Translations under genes and position numbers: made by a program | The notes under the pieces: model-generated | The model's input: only the letters and a program-made list of their open reading frames with translations | Told to the model about the DNA's origin: nothing | Database searches by the model: none | In this document: positions 26,010-37,910 of the stretch, piece after piece | Layout: the number at the start of each line of letters is the position of its first letter | Position numbering within the stretch: the stretch's first letter is position 1 | Source of the DNA: Raillietiella orientalis | Lineage: Eukaryota | DNA length: 64,000 nt | Direction: 5' to 3' | NCBI GenBank assembly: GCA_036172245.1 | Contig: JAYWIR010000010.1 | Location: 496,001 to 560,000 of the forward strand

Positions 26010-26833
26010 CGCAGGTCGAGGGAAAAGGAGGTGTAAAGGAGGTGTGAAGAGAAGAACAACACCCCATCCCTCACCCTCCACCCTCCCTGGCTTCCCCTCT
26101 CTCCCTTGCCTTCCTGCACGCAATCCACAAACGAGGAGGCAAGTCGTAGGGCTGTAGATCGGGTTTCGTGGGCCTCAACTCGGCACCATCCCCGCTTCTC
26201 GTGCAGTGAAAATCGGAGGGGGCTGCACCTCAAAAGCGTGGTCGCTCCACCGCCACGGTCAGATCAGCAGCAGCCTCTGACCTTCCTGGTCCGTCTCCAG
26301 TATCGTTGCGCAGTCTCGTTCCCGGCAGTTTTCAGCAGTGGCTGCCTTCTGGGAGCCCGAGGTCACCCTTCGTTGACCCAGTGATGGCTGCAAGGCTCAC
26401 GGGTTCGTTGCAGGCGCCTTCGCTCGATGCGGACCAAGAAATCTCTCAGCCCACGTCGTCCCGGTGCCGCCTCTTCCGTGCAACGCTGCAAACGGCAGGA
26501 GACCACGAGTGCATACGGGGATGCTGTCGTTTAGGGCTACTGGCCGGACCCAGGTTGCTGCGTTCTCGTCCTCAGAATGGCGCCAAACGATGGGTAATGG
26601 AGTCGCAGCGCGAGCCAACGAGTTTCAGCTGCCGCTCGGAATCCGGGATTCTGTCAGTGTCCAGCTGATACGCGATGGTGGTCAGGGCTTTTGTCGCTGC
26701 TCTTCAGTCCAAGGGGCAGCTCGCGCTTCCCGGTGCGCGCCGTCCTGTCCTACCCTGAAGCAGAGGGAGGAAGAGGCAAAGGGAGAAAGAGGAGACGGAA
26801 GAGGAGAGGAAAGGAGGAGAAAAGAGGGAGGAA
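26010..26833 (+). repeat. Left arm of an 824-bp inverted duplication
   Basis: Reverse complement of 29722-30545, with matching ORF translations on opposite strands. I noticed two substitutions (about 26035 and 26647). Confidence 0.95.
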
Positions 26834-29721
26834 AGAAGAAAGGATGAAGGGAAGAGAAAAAGAGGGAAGGAAGAAGCGAAGAAGAGGAGGAAAGGTGGGG
26901 AAGGAGGAAGAGGAGGAGGAATGGGAAGCAGGAAGGAAAACTGCTAGCCTTCGTTCTTCTTACATTGTTTTTTTATTTTTCTTCCCGAAGTTTCTTGCAG
27001 GAGTCAGAGTCGGATAATCTCCTCTTGACGGGTTGCCGGAGCAGCGTATCTCATCGCACTGCATTCGCACGCGTGCGCATATTCCCTCGTTTATCTTTTG
27101 CGGGCTCTTCCCCTCTCAAACACGGGGGGAGGGGAGGGAGTGACAAAGGGGGCAACGGCGACGAGACCTCGGATGAGCGACGTCTCGTGCACGCTCCGCA
27201 CTCCCTCGTGCGACGGCACGTCTGGCTCTCGCGAGGACGGAACCTCTCGTCTCCGATGCCTTCCATCTTCTTCCCGAATCCGCCGCCGAAGCTTCCCGGC
27301 GCGAAAGGAGCAGCGATCCGGTCTCCTCGATCAATCCGGGAGTCTCAGCCCGCGGACGGATCCCGCCTGCGTGGTCGCGAGCGCGGAGAGCCAGCCCTCC
27401 TCCTGACGGAACGACCGCACGGAGCCGCCGCCGTCCGCGAAGGGCGCGCGGTTTCCTCGGCCTCCGCCCGTTACCGGGCGCGCGCGGGAGAGACGCAGCC
27501 ACCCCGGAGAATGCGAGCACCGGTGTTTGCTCCAGCTGGATGCTGCGCCGATCTCCCACTGCAGCCCCGAGAGCAGACGCCCGCCCACACCTGCTCGCCT
27601 CTCAGAGGCGGTCTGTCGCCCGCACGCTTGCGCGCCCCAGCCTGCCTTGCAGGGGGCGCGCCCCTTCCGCTTGCGCAGACAGCCCTCCCCTCCGAGGTTT
27701 TCCATCCCTGGACGGGGGAGGGGAAGGACAGCGGCCTCTCCTGCACCTCCTCATGCTCTGGAACCACGAGAACGAGGAGAGCGAGGTGGGCCGGGACGGC
27801 CCTTAGGGGGGGAGGCAGAGACTCGTGGGCTCACCTTGGTTCCGTGCATTCCGCCCCACCACCGTGGGCATGCGTGCGACCCGATCTTCGACCGCGACCC
27901 GGGACTCGGATCTCCTTCGAGACGCGTTCCCGGGCAGGTGCGCGGCACCGAGTGCTCGCGGCAGCGCGCAGCCGCCAGACGGACTAGCAGAGTTGAGCTT
28001 TCCGGTTCCATGGCAACCCAGGTGCTCTTCTCTGCGGACTGGCAGCTTCCAGAGGATCTCCTTGCTTCGGCGGCGGCCTTGCATTTCATTTCTCGCCCTG
28101 CGCTTATCCAGGCGGCCGGCGCTCCGCGCATCGCCATGGGAACGCGTCCTTCCAGCGCACAGAGAGGATCGGTCGGCCGATCGGAGTCGAACCTCCCGGA
28201 AGGGCAAGAGTTTGGCAGTTCCTCCAGGAACTGCTTCCCCTGACCGTTGTCCTGCCATCCACGAGGTCAGCCAGGAATTTCCGGGAAACGAGTGACCAGC
28301 AGACTACGCGTAGCGGCGACTCGCAGGACGGAGGGCGGAGCGCCGGGAGCACCACCCCAGCCCTCGAGACGCGCAACCGCACGGAGCCGCTCAGTGGACG
28401 TGGCGGTGGCGAACGGCAGCCGTCCGGGATGGCGCCGAAGGGGCGTACTGCGAGTACCGGGGCGCGGAACTGCCGGAGGTACTGTCGTGCCAGGTGGTGC
28501 CGGAGAGCTCGGACGGCGTTCACATGCCTTTCACATGAGGGCAACCGGCCCACCCGCCCCCTCAAAACCACACAACTACAAACAGGCGTGGCGACCCGCT
28601 TGCCGCCGCGAGAGCGTCCGCGTTGCGACTTCTCGTCCGGAGAGCGTCCCTCGCTCTGCCGCCCTCGCCGCGGACCTGGCACCACTGCTGCGTACACCAG
28701 ACTGCTCTCGGCAACACGCTCTTCCCGTGCGCGGCCGCAGCGTCCGTGGGCATCCAGGTCGAGGCGGGGGAGTCACGAAGTCTGGCAAAGCAGCACGATC
28801 CTTTTCGACCCGGAGCGGGAAATTCCGGACCAAGTGACCGGTCCAGACGCGCCCGGGGGCAGACCCCCCTCCTTGTCCTTGCCTTCCGCCGCACGTGTGG
28901 AGAGCGAGAGGAGGCAGTGCACACGAGCCTCGCTTCGCCTCCGTCGTCATTGGTTACGACTGAATGCATTTGTGGCACGGAAGTCAAAATGGGATGAGAG
29001 CGGAGATGGAAGGCGCCTGTGCGTGTGCAGGAGATCGGGGAGTCGGACGCAGGACACTGCTCGATGGCGAAGATCCCAGATGCCGATCGGGAGACGAATC
29101 GAAAAGGAGACGGGAGCACAGATCTCCTTCCGCACTGCATCCCGGGAAGATGCGGAGACGCGTCGCGAGGAAGCAACACGCGAATCCCGAAGCGCCTCCG
29201 AGGCTCGCGAGGGAGTTCCCCGCCTCCCGATTTCCACTTCGAAGAGCGGGTTTTCCGGTCCGCATCGATCTCGGCCTCCTGTTGCTTCGGTCGTGCCTTT
29301 CCGGCGTCCCCGATGCCTGCGCTCGCGATCGGTTCCTCCCCGCTCCTTGCGTCCGACGACACGTGGACTGCGCGGCTCCAGCACGTGGAGCTGCGCCGAA
29401 GGGGAAGTCCGCTTGGCTCCCGCGTGCGGGCGGTGGACACGTCGGCGCCGACGGTGCGTCCGATGAGGACGCCGCGGGGAGGCATGGGAGAACGGGAATG
29501 TGGGTGCTTCGAATTGTCACTCGCAGGCTGAATAAGGCTCCACTTTCTTTCCTCCTCCTCTTCCCTCTGCTACCTCTTCCGGAAAGAAACTGCGAGCGCG
29601 CAGGATCATCGGCGTCCCTCGAAAGAAGTGGGCATCTCCCAGGAGAGCGTTTCGCCCCTCCTCTTGCTCCCTTCCATCCTTCTCCTCCCTTCCTCCCTTC
29701 ACCTCCTGTTTTCCTCCTCCC

Positions 29722-30545
29722 TTCCTCCCTCTTTTCTCCTCCTTTCCTCTCCTCTTCCGTCTCCTCTTTCTCCCTTTGCCTCTTCCTCCCTCTGCTTCAG
29801 GGTAGGACAGGACGGCGCGCACCGGGAAGCGCGAGCTGCCCCTTGGACTGAAGAGCAGCGACAAAAGCCCTGACCACCATCGCGTATCAGCTGGACACTG
29901 ACAGAATGCCGGATTCCGAGCGGCAGCTGAAACTCGTTGGCTCGCGCTGCGACTCCATTACCCATCGTTTGGCGCCATTCTGAGGACGAGAACGCAGCAA
30001 CCTGGGTCCGGCCAGTAGCCCTAAACGACAGCATCCCCGTATGCACTCGTGGTCTCCTGCCGTTTGCAGCGTTGCACGGAAGAGGCGGCACCGGGACGAC
30101 GTGGGCTGAGAGATTTCTTGGTCCGCATCGAGCGAAGGCGCCTGCAACGAACCCGTGAGCCTTGCAGCCATCACTGGGTCAACGAAGGGTGACCTCGGGC
30201 TCCCAGAAGGCAGCCACTGCTGAAAACTGCCGGGAACGAGACTGCGCAACGATACTGGAGACGGACCAGGAAGGTCAGAGGCTGCTGCTGATCTGACCGT
30301 GGCGGTGGAGCGACCACGCTTTTGAGGTGCAGCCCCCTCCGATTTTCACTGCACGAGAAGCGGGGATGGTGCCGAGTTGAGGCCCACGAAACCCGATCTA
30401 CAGCCCTACGACTTGCCTCCTCGTTTGTGGATTGCGTGCAGGAAGGCAAGGGAGAGAGGGGAAGCCAGGGAGGGTGGAGGGTGAGGGATGGGGTGTTGTT
30501 CTTCTCTTCACACCTCCTTCACACCTCCTTTTCCCTCGACCTGCG
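29722..30545 (-). repeat. Right arm of an 824-bp inverted duplication
   Basis: Reverse complement of 26010-26833; the spacer 26834-29721 is unique in the window. Confidence 0.95.
29920..30250 (+). mobile_element. Decayed LINE RNase H domain inside the duplicated arm (mirror copy about 26305-26635 on -)
   Basis: AAETRWLAL ... IPVCTRGLLPFAAL ... LP..SHC*..AGNETAQ follows the RNase H pattern AExxAIxxAL ... IxTDSxSAxxAL ... WxPSHxGIxGNExAD, with stops and frameshifts. Confidence 0.5.
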
Positions 30546-30833
30546 AAGGGCCTCCCTGTCGATGTGTGCACATCCGCTTCATGCACACGCGAAGGCGCCG
30601 TCGTGCGGGTGCTCACCGCCGGGATTCGAACCAGCAGCCTTCCGCGCGGCACCGCCGTTTCCGCCCAGCCTCGCACACGCGCGAGCCTGCGGCATTGTCG
30701 AGTCGCGAGCTCCGTCGGGCACCGGGATTCGAACCCGCGGCCTCTCAAAGGGGCACCGGAGGTTTGCACCCGTTGCGTTGACCTCGATTGCTGCTCGGCG
30801 TGGTCGAGGAAGCGGTCTCGGCCTCCCTTCTGG
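30419..30833 (+). repeat. 415-bp direct repeat, copy B (identical to 15718-16132)
   Basis: No mismatch seen. Its first 127 bp overlap the right inverted-repeat arm, so that core is present three times. Confidence 0.95.
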
Positions 30834-33800
30834 CGCGATTCCGCAGGTCCGCAGCCGGTCGTGTGGGGGGTGTCTTGGCCGGTGCTTCCAGTCGATGTCC
30901 CTGCCGTGACTGACGGGGGATCACTCTTTGCGATCCCCGCTTCATTTTATGCGACCCCTTAGCGCGGTCATCAGAGGAGCTGCTCCGCGCGTATCCCGGG
31001 GTTGTGCCGCTCTTGCAGGACGCCGTCCTAGTGCAGGGAATGCGGCGGCCCAGGCTCGGGTTCCTCCGAGTGAAAGGGAAAACGCGTAGGTTGTGCAACT
31101 TTCTCTCTTGTCTTTGAGGCTCCTCCTCGAAGGCTGCGCTTTCGGGAGGCCTGCAGTGGCGCGATGGCGCACCCCCTTCCTCGGAAAGAGTCAGATACAT
31201 TCCGGGAGGTCGCTGGCCGCTGGACGGAATCCCGCAGCTTCCAGGAGCCACCCGAGCGGACGGGCGAGCGCTGCCGGACTCCCGGGAAGCGTTTGCAAGG
31301 GAGGGCTCCGGAGAGTTGTGGAGACCGGATCCCTTCAGGAAGTAAGGGTATCGACTCCGAGGGCAGCGGGACGAGGAGCCGCGCTAGGCGTGGAAGGAGC
31401 ACGAAGCCGGCACAGGACTTCGAGCGCCCTCCAGGGAGGTTCCCCTTCCGGTCCGCGAGTGTCCGGTGTCTCCCACAAAGGGATGCACTCCGTCTGGGAA
31501 GTCAGGGAACCCCTGGGGGTGAGGGGTGATCTTCCTGTCGGCGACGCCAACAGGAAGTAGGGCAGTTCCCTCTGCGCTTGCTTAGGGGGAAGCGGGTCGG
31601 CCGGTCCCACGCTCGCATCGGGCTCAGTGCAAGTCTCTCGCGTCTGGTCATCCGTCCCCTCGTGCTGCTTTCTCGCAGCCCCTGCGGGTGCTCGCCCGGC
31701 CCGTTATCCGGGAACGCCACGCCGCCAGCCCCGCCTCCGTATCTACTCCCGGGTCGCTCGAGGATCTTCCCGGAAGGAGTCGTCGCCGCCCTTCCCCCCT
31801 TCGCTTGTTTCCTGACCGCTGGCCGGGGACTCTCCTTCCATCCTCCGCCTCTTCCCCGGTAACACTGACGGAGGTGACTTTCCTACCGCAGGAGGGGCGG
31901 CGGCTCCCGTTAGGAGGAGCGGCCGTCCGCCGTTCGTCCTCGGTTCCATCGGAAGTTCCGGGGCTTCTCCGCCTTTCCTCCGAGTCTGCGTTGTCCACTC
32001 CGGAGATGAAGAGGGACGAGGGGAAGGGGGGGGAGGGGGGAGGGAGTGCGCGAACTTTCCTTCCCTTGAGCACGCGTGCGCTGCTCGGCTCCGCAACGAA
32101 CGAGCGGAGGCCAGGGGAGCGCGCGCGCGCATGCGCGCCGGAGGGAGAGCAGTCGGCGTTTTCCGAAGCGGAGGAAACGACGCGTGGGTGCGTCGACGCG
32201 TTCGCGACGAGGGAGGAAGGAAGGAAGGAGGGAAACGGGAGAGGGGAGGGAAGGCTGTGTTCCTGCTGCTGCCGCTACCTGTGCAGATGGCGGGGCGGGG
32301 ACGGATCTGAGCACGCGCCGTCGGCCTACAGGGAGTCCTGCGTGTCGAGTGCTCGACCCATACCCTCCGGAGCAGCAGCGCTCCCCCGAGCGAGCTGGGA
32401 AGCTGGAGCGCGGCCGGCCGGGACTCTCGCCGAACGGGAGACAGCATCGCCGGGTTCTCCTCTCTCCCGTCCCCTGCCTCACGATGGCTACGGACTGAGC
32501 GCGCCAGGCGCAAGGAAAAATCTTCTCCAGACCTTCCTCCCCCCTCCCTCCTCCCTTCCCGTCCCCGTCCCGAAGGAGCAACGCGCCGGTGTGTGCGCGC
32601 GCGCGCGCATGCGCCTTTACCCATGTTCACAGGACAGGGACGGGAAGATCTTGACAAAATGGTTCTCGGGGGTCCCGCCGAGGGGCACTGCTGAGTGCAC
32701 TCCCGGGACCCATCCGCCGGGATAGCCGGAAACGAAGTTCCGCCCATGGGCCTGCACCGGAATCAACCTGGCTCGATGGTTTCGATTTCCATAGCACCGG
32801 GAGATAGCACTGCGCTGCGTTCCCCCTCTCCCCCCCCCCCTCCGCGCTCTCGTTCGAAGAGTAACAATCGGGATCACGTGACGCGGGGGGGTGCAGTGTG
32901 GCCGGCGGAATGGCTGCCGCCTCGCGAATGATAACCTCCCACGATTCCTGAGCTTTCTGGACCCTCAGGAGGAGCGAAACCGGGAAAACCCGCGCGTATT
33001 GTTGCCGTTTTCTCCAAGAGGAGCTTCCTCCTCAACTTCCAGGAGCGGGCCAGGGGGGACCCCCCTTCCTTCCCTTACGTCGAACGGGAGAAAGGGCCTC
33101 CCGCCCGTTCCTCTTCCCGTGGGTTTCCTCTTCCCAGGTGGCGCCTCATTGTTGCATCGCGATGGGAGCCTCGATTGGCGTGGTGCATGGCGCTCCGCGG
33201 CAGCTCCGCAGTGCCGACCGCTTCGCCAGGTGCGCCGGAGGTGGTTCCCGAGCGGAGCTGACCGCGCCCCGCAGATGCCGCCCCCCCTTTCCCTTCCTCC
33301 TGCCCCCGCTTCCGGCTCCGGGTTCCCGAGAGCTCCCGGGTCCCGTCCCCTTCTCCCCTGCCCGAAGAACCCCGGCGAGCCACCACCGCACGAGCGCCCC
33401 GAGTCTTCCTTCCGCTCGTTCGCGCTGCCGGCCCCGGCGACTGCACCGCCGCGTCCGCGAAGAGGGGCTGTGTCCAGTGTCGCATCCACAGGTCCTCCTC
33501 TTCGTGACTTCCGGTGTTCCAGGCTCCTCTCTACGTGCGCCTTCTCCTGGAGCAGGAAGGGACTCCCCCCTAGCCTTCCCCTCTCAGCAGACGAAAAATC
33601 GGGTGGCGAAAAGGAGCCCGGACGAGGCGGAAGGAGCGAGGAAGATCCTGCGGTCGGACGAGAGGGACCGCAGGGGCAGGGAGGGTTTCGTCCGGCCGGC
33701 CGCTGGACCGCATCTCTTGCCCCCCAGCGTGCGGACCGCTTCCACGCTTCCTTGATCGGTAGGTGCCTGCACACACCCTGCGGCGTCACCAGCTTCTCCC

Positions 33801-34109
33801 ATCGCTCGGGGGGCTCCGAAGATCAACTTTCCCGCCCCTACCCCTACCCCACCCTCCAGTGTGGCACAAGACAACCCAGTTCAGAGCTACGTCTCCCGGC
33901 TCTTCGTGTGCAAGGACGGCCAACGTGCAGCGGGGTCCCACGTTCGCCTACGTTAGGGCTCAGGTCACGTTTCTTCCCCCCCTTCCCCGTCCCCCTCCTT
34001 CCTTTCGCAGGCGCCTCTTGGCTACTTCAAGCAGCGACCTGCACCTGCCGCCGGTGCGACGGTCCCTGCGGTGGCGCCGGAAGGGAGGAGGGAGAGAGGG
34101 CGAAGAGGA

Positions 34110-34290
34110 GGAGATGTATCCCGGTGGGACGCACCGAGAGGACAGCAGCCGTGGGAAGGGAGGGGCGCTCGCTGGTCGCCCGGCGGCCGTCGTTCTCGCA
34201 AACGCAGAGCCGGCCGCACATCCCCCAGTGGGCGAGGAGGCGTCCCGGAAAGGCGCAATCGGATGCCCCCCACCTCCGCGCATGCAGCGC
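34110..34290 (+). mobile_element. Decayed LINE RT fragment, paralogous to 51200-51360
   Basis: Shares GGGACGCACCGAGAGGACAGCAGCCGTG and CGCTGGTCGCCCG with the 51.2-kb copy. Reads TERTAAV ... GVPERRNRMPPT, like RTAxV ... GVPQGxxxSPT. Confidence 0.5.
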
Positions 34291-36699
34291 GAGGCGCCAC
34301 CGACAGAGGATGGGTCAGCCGCGTGCCCCTCCACGTGCCGGACCAAGGTACACCTCCGGCCGCCTTCCTTCTCCACGCACTCTCTTCAGGAACCTCCGCC
34401 CCTCCCCTTCCTTCCCTTCCCGCTCGGCACCGTCGACGAGCCGACGGAGAGCGGGCGAACGGAATTTTCCGGACTTCTCGGGGCGCCCCCTCCCGCAGGC
34501 GGCACGGGTCGGCTGTCCCCACCCGAGCCTCCGGACACGCAGCGGGGGCGCAGGCGGATGCAAGCATCCCCCTCCCCCCGCTTCCTGGAAGGTGAACATG
34601 CAGAAAGGGGGGGAGCCGAGCCGGTCGACCCCTCAGCAACGCACGTGGTTGGGTTTACCGCCGCGTGGCTGTTAGGCGAACTTATCGCAAGCTGTCCGAC
34701 TCGTCGCCAGGAGGACGCACGCGGGAGAGAGGGAGGGGGACAAGGGGTGCCAGAAACGGGTCCGAAGCTTCGCATCCCGTTCCTCCAGGTATGCGGCCAA
34801 CATCCTGAATTTCGACATCTGCTCGCGCGCACGCGCAGCCACCACCAGCCACGTGCGGCGTGAACCGTGGTGACGGCGTCCGACCACCACCCGCCGGCGC
34901 GGGACTCCCCCCCCCCCCCGGGGCAAACAGGTGATTCCTCGCGCTTCCTCCAAAAGTTCTGGGAAAACGCCCGCGCAAACCCGGAAAAAAACCGTCCCTT
35001 GCACTCTTCCAGCTCTCCCAAAGCACCTCCACGCCAGCTGTAAATTCCGATGCAAATGCGCATCTTTCTGATTAAGGTTGCAGAATGGCGCAGCTGTTAA
35101 AAACGCGCGCGTCGACTTATTTGATTCTTTGCCATTTCTTCTTCTTCTTCTTCTTGCTTTTTTTTTTTTCCCTTTCCCGATAACCATGGAAACATCCCAC
35201 TGTGTCGTCGCTGTACACCGTAGGTGATCCAGTACTCAAAGTCTTGCAAGAAAATTCGATTCGGATGAACATTTGATATGGTTAGCTCGCCGTCATCTCC
35301 TTCTTGTTTTCCCGCTGCTGTTTCCTGCTTTTCCTCTTCCCTTCTTTCCCTGTTTTTGGGGAGCAATCACGGACAAGCTTGTCGAGAGGGAGCGGCAGCT
35401 GCCGATCGGGGGACAGTTGGATTCTGGGTTCCCCACTCGGAGCAAACCCGTTCGGAGCGCCTTGCTTCGGCAGGCCGCAGTCGCTTCTCTCCTTTCCTTT
35501 TTTTTCGCATGCATGGGCCCGAAGAAGGGGAGTTGGGTTACTTCAGGGGAGCCATCTTTTACAACGTCGTTCCCGACGGGAACGGAGAGGGTACCTCGCC
35601 GCGGAGCGAACATCCTGCCGTCAGTGTTGCGTCACTCTCGGAGGAAAATCGATAATCGAAGCGTTCCGCCAATCAATTATTGACGCGCGCACCGTTGCCC
35701 TGCCTACAGGTACCGGTCGCGTCTCTTTTTTTTTCTTCCTTTTGTTTCGGGATGTTCGGCGGCTGCGGTGTCCCCGCGGACAACATCCCGCGCCGAGCCG
35801 TGCAGTGTCCCCCCTTCCTCCCCGTGCACTTTGGTGCCGGACGGCGGTGTTCTCTTCGGCGGGGAGAGCCCGCGCGGATCAAGTAGCTCCCCGTCGGAGG
35901 GCCAGGCGCGACAAGAGAGACAGCGGGAAGCAAGCGGGGAGAGCAGGAGGCGCAATCCCGGGGGGGGGGGGGTGATTCCTGTCATCCCCCCCTCCCCCGC
36001 GCGTCTCGCTGAGCGCGGGAGGGAACGAGGAGCATCCGAGATTTCGGGCAGGGAGCCGAGCGCTTCTCCAGAGAGCGGCGAGGAAGAGGGGGGGCCGCAT
36101 CCCGGGGACGGCGCTCCTCCCCCTCCTCTTCTTCCTGGCGCAACCGTGCGGCTGACGTGGAATCCCCGCCGCCCTGCCGGTGCCTGGCTCCACCTCGCCC
36201 GAACTGGCGGCGCAGAGACAGGGCTCGCGGTGGTGTTCCCGGGCAAAACGGGGGGAGGGACGGGGGAAGGAGGGAGGGTGCACTGCCTGCGCTGACATCT
36301 GCCACTCTTCGGCGAAGATTTTTCAGACATCTTCACGGGGAGCACGGAAGGCGGCGAAACGCGCACGCATCTCTTCCCGAGCAGACGTCGAGCGCTCTCC
36401 TGGAAGCTCTGCATCATTCCCGCCACGCGAAGCGATTTTTGCGCACCGGGAAAGAAGAGCGAGGAGGCATCACGGACGGTTGGTGGGAAATGCAAAAAAA
36501 AAAAAAAAAAAAAAAAAAGGAAAGCAAGAAGAGAGCGGGGAAAGAGGGGGAGAGGGGGGGGGAAGTCCGACAGAGCATGCGTTTTCGTTGCGGCACGCTG
36601 AAACACGGGAAGACGAGGAGAGAGAGAAGGGGGGGAGAGGGGAAGCATATTTTTTTTTTTTTTTTTTCGAAAAAAAAAAAACAAAAAAAACGGATAGGA

Positions 36700-37269
36700 G
36701 GTGCACAAGGCCAGAATTCATGGGATTATTGATTGGTAATGATCGCGGAATCCACCACGAGAATCTCTCTCGTCTTGCGATATTCCTACGCGTGCATACA
36801 TTTTTTTTTTTTTTTCGCGCTGCAGGGAGGAGGAGAAAAATAGAAGAAAATGGATCTCTGACGTCATCCGTCGCTCTTTATCTGCGGCGCGTACGCTTCG
36901 ATCCGTTTATCTCGCTCTGACGGAAGTGGCTCGATCCGTTCGATTGTTGAGGAATGCGCTCGATAAACACGAGGGGGGGAGGGGGGGGGGGAGCGCGCGA
37001 GCAACCTCAGGTCAAAAGCACTCCGCGTGCATCCGCCGGGGCCGAAGAAGAAGAAGAAGAAAAAAAAACTCCAGATACATTTCAAAGAGGAGAGAAGAGA
37101 AGAGGAGGAGGAGAACGCGGATCGGCTGCTGCTGCTGCTGTCGCTCGCGCGCGCCGTCTCCCCCTCCCTCCCCCCGTTCCGTCCGTCCGTTCATCCCCCT
37201 CTTTCTTTCTTCCCCTCCCCCCTCCTTCCTTCCTTTTCCGAGTCCGTTTCCCGGGGAACGCGAGGGAAC

Positions 37270-37333
<64 letters not shown>

Positions 37334-37910
37334 GAGAGAGGGAGCGAAAACTCTCTCCGTGACAACGTAACGGCGGAGCAGCCCTGAGCTACCGCGCGCT
37401 CCATGAGCGTCAATCAAACTCGTGATGCGAGCAGCGCCCCCCCCCCCCCCCCATCTGCTCAAAGCAAAACCGATGGGCGATGAGTTTCCATGATGAACAC
37501 GTGGTAAGCACGTCATTTCGCATTATGTCATAGGGCCGGCGATGATGTAAGCGGCGAATGCACGAAATCGAGGGGAGCAAACATGGCGCCCACCGCAGGC
37601 GACGCCGCTCGTGGCGTTCGCTCGCGGAGGAGCAGCGAATCGCTTCGCTCTCTCTCTCTCTCTCTCTTTTTTTTTTTTTTCTTCTTTCTTTTCGGGATCG
37701 CAGCTAAGGAGGGAAGCTACATGTGGAAAGCGGGAGAGCGAGGGAGAGAGAGGGAGAGAGTTAGGCAGAGGGAAGGGAGAGAGACGAAAATCCCCAAATG
37801 CTCTTTTAGGGTAGCTTAACAGGAAGTGATCGTTCGGGACGGTGATTGGGAGCGTGCGAGCCCGGGACGTGCGTCTGCCTGTAAAGGTCAAACAAGTACG
37901 CGGTAAGTAC
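36700..37910. promoter_or_regulatory. Promoter/enhancer-like island with a possible + strand splice donor
   Basis: CRE TGACGTCA 36859-36866; ETS-like CGGAAGTG about 36921 and CAGGAAGTG about 37820; E-box CACGTG about 37498; YY1-like AACATGGCG about 37580; CG|GTAAGT at 37903. Contains (CAG)n and (GA)n repeats. Confidence 0.3.
37271..37329 (+). repeat. Compound microsatellite (CAG)n(GA)n
   Basis: Directly visible. Confidence 0.95.

Noticed and set aside
26010..30545. DNA transposon with 824-bp terminal inverted repeats
   Set aside because: No target-site duplication, no transposase in the spacer, and the arms consist of decayed LINE and low-complexity sequence.
32891..34675. 594-aa ORF, and other long ORFs such as 37842-39473, 61681-63291 and 47729-48961
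   Set aside because: Arg/Pro/Gly/Ala-rich, overlapping in several frames, often running through simple repeats and with no intact domain; expected by chance at this GC content.
35003..35014. ACTCTTCCAGCT, similar to the 3' part of miR-750
   Set aside because: The seed is absent and there is no precursor hairpin.
35180..35300. Protein-like minus-strand stretch GDDGELTISNVHPNRIFLQDFEYWITYG
   Set aside because: No recognisable family and no convincing splice sites; treated as a non-coding island.
35461..35473. CTTGCTTCGGCAG, similar to the U6 5' stem-loop
   Set aside because: Only 13 nt match; no further U6 sequence.
37489..37580. ATGATGA as a C/D snoRNA box C
   Set aside because: No box D (CTGA) or terminal stem at a suitable distance.
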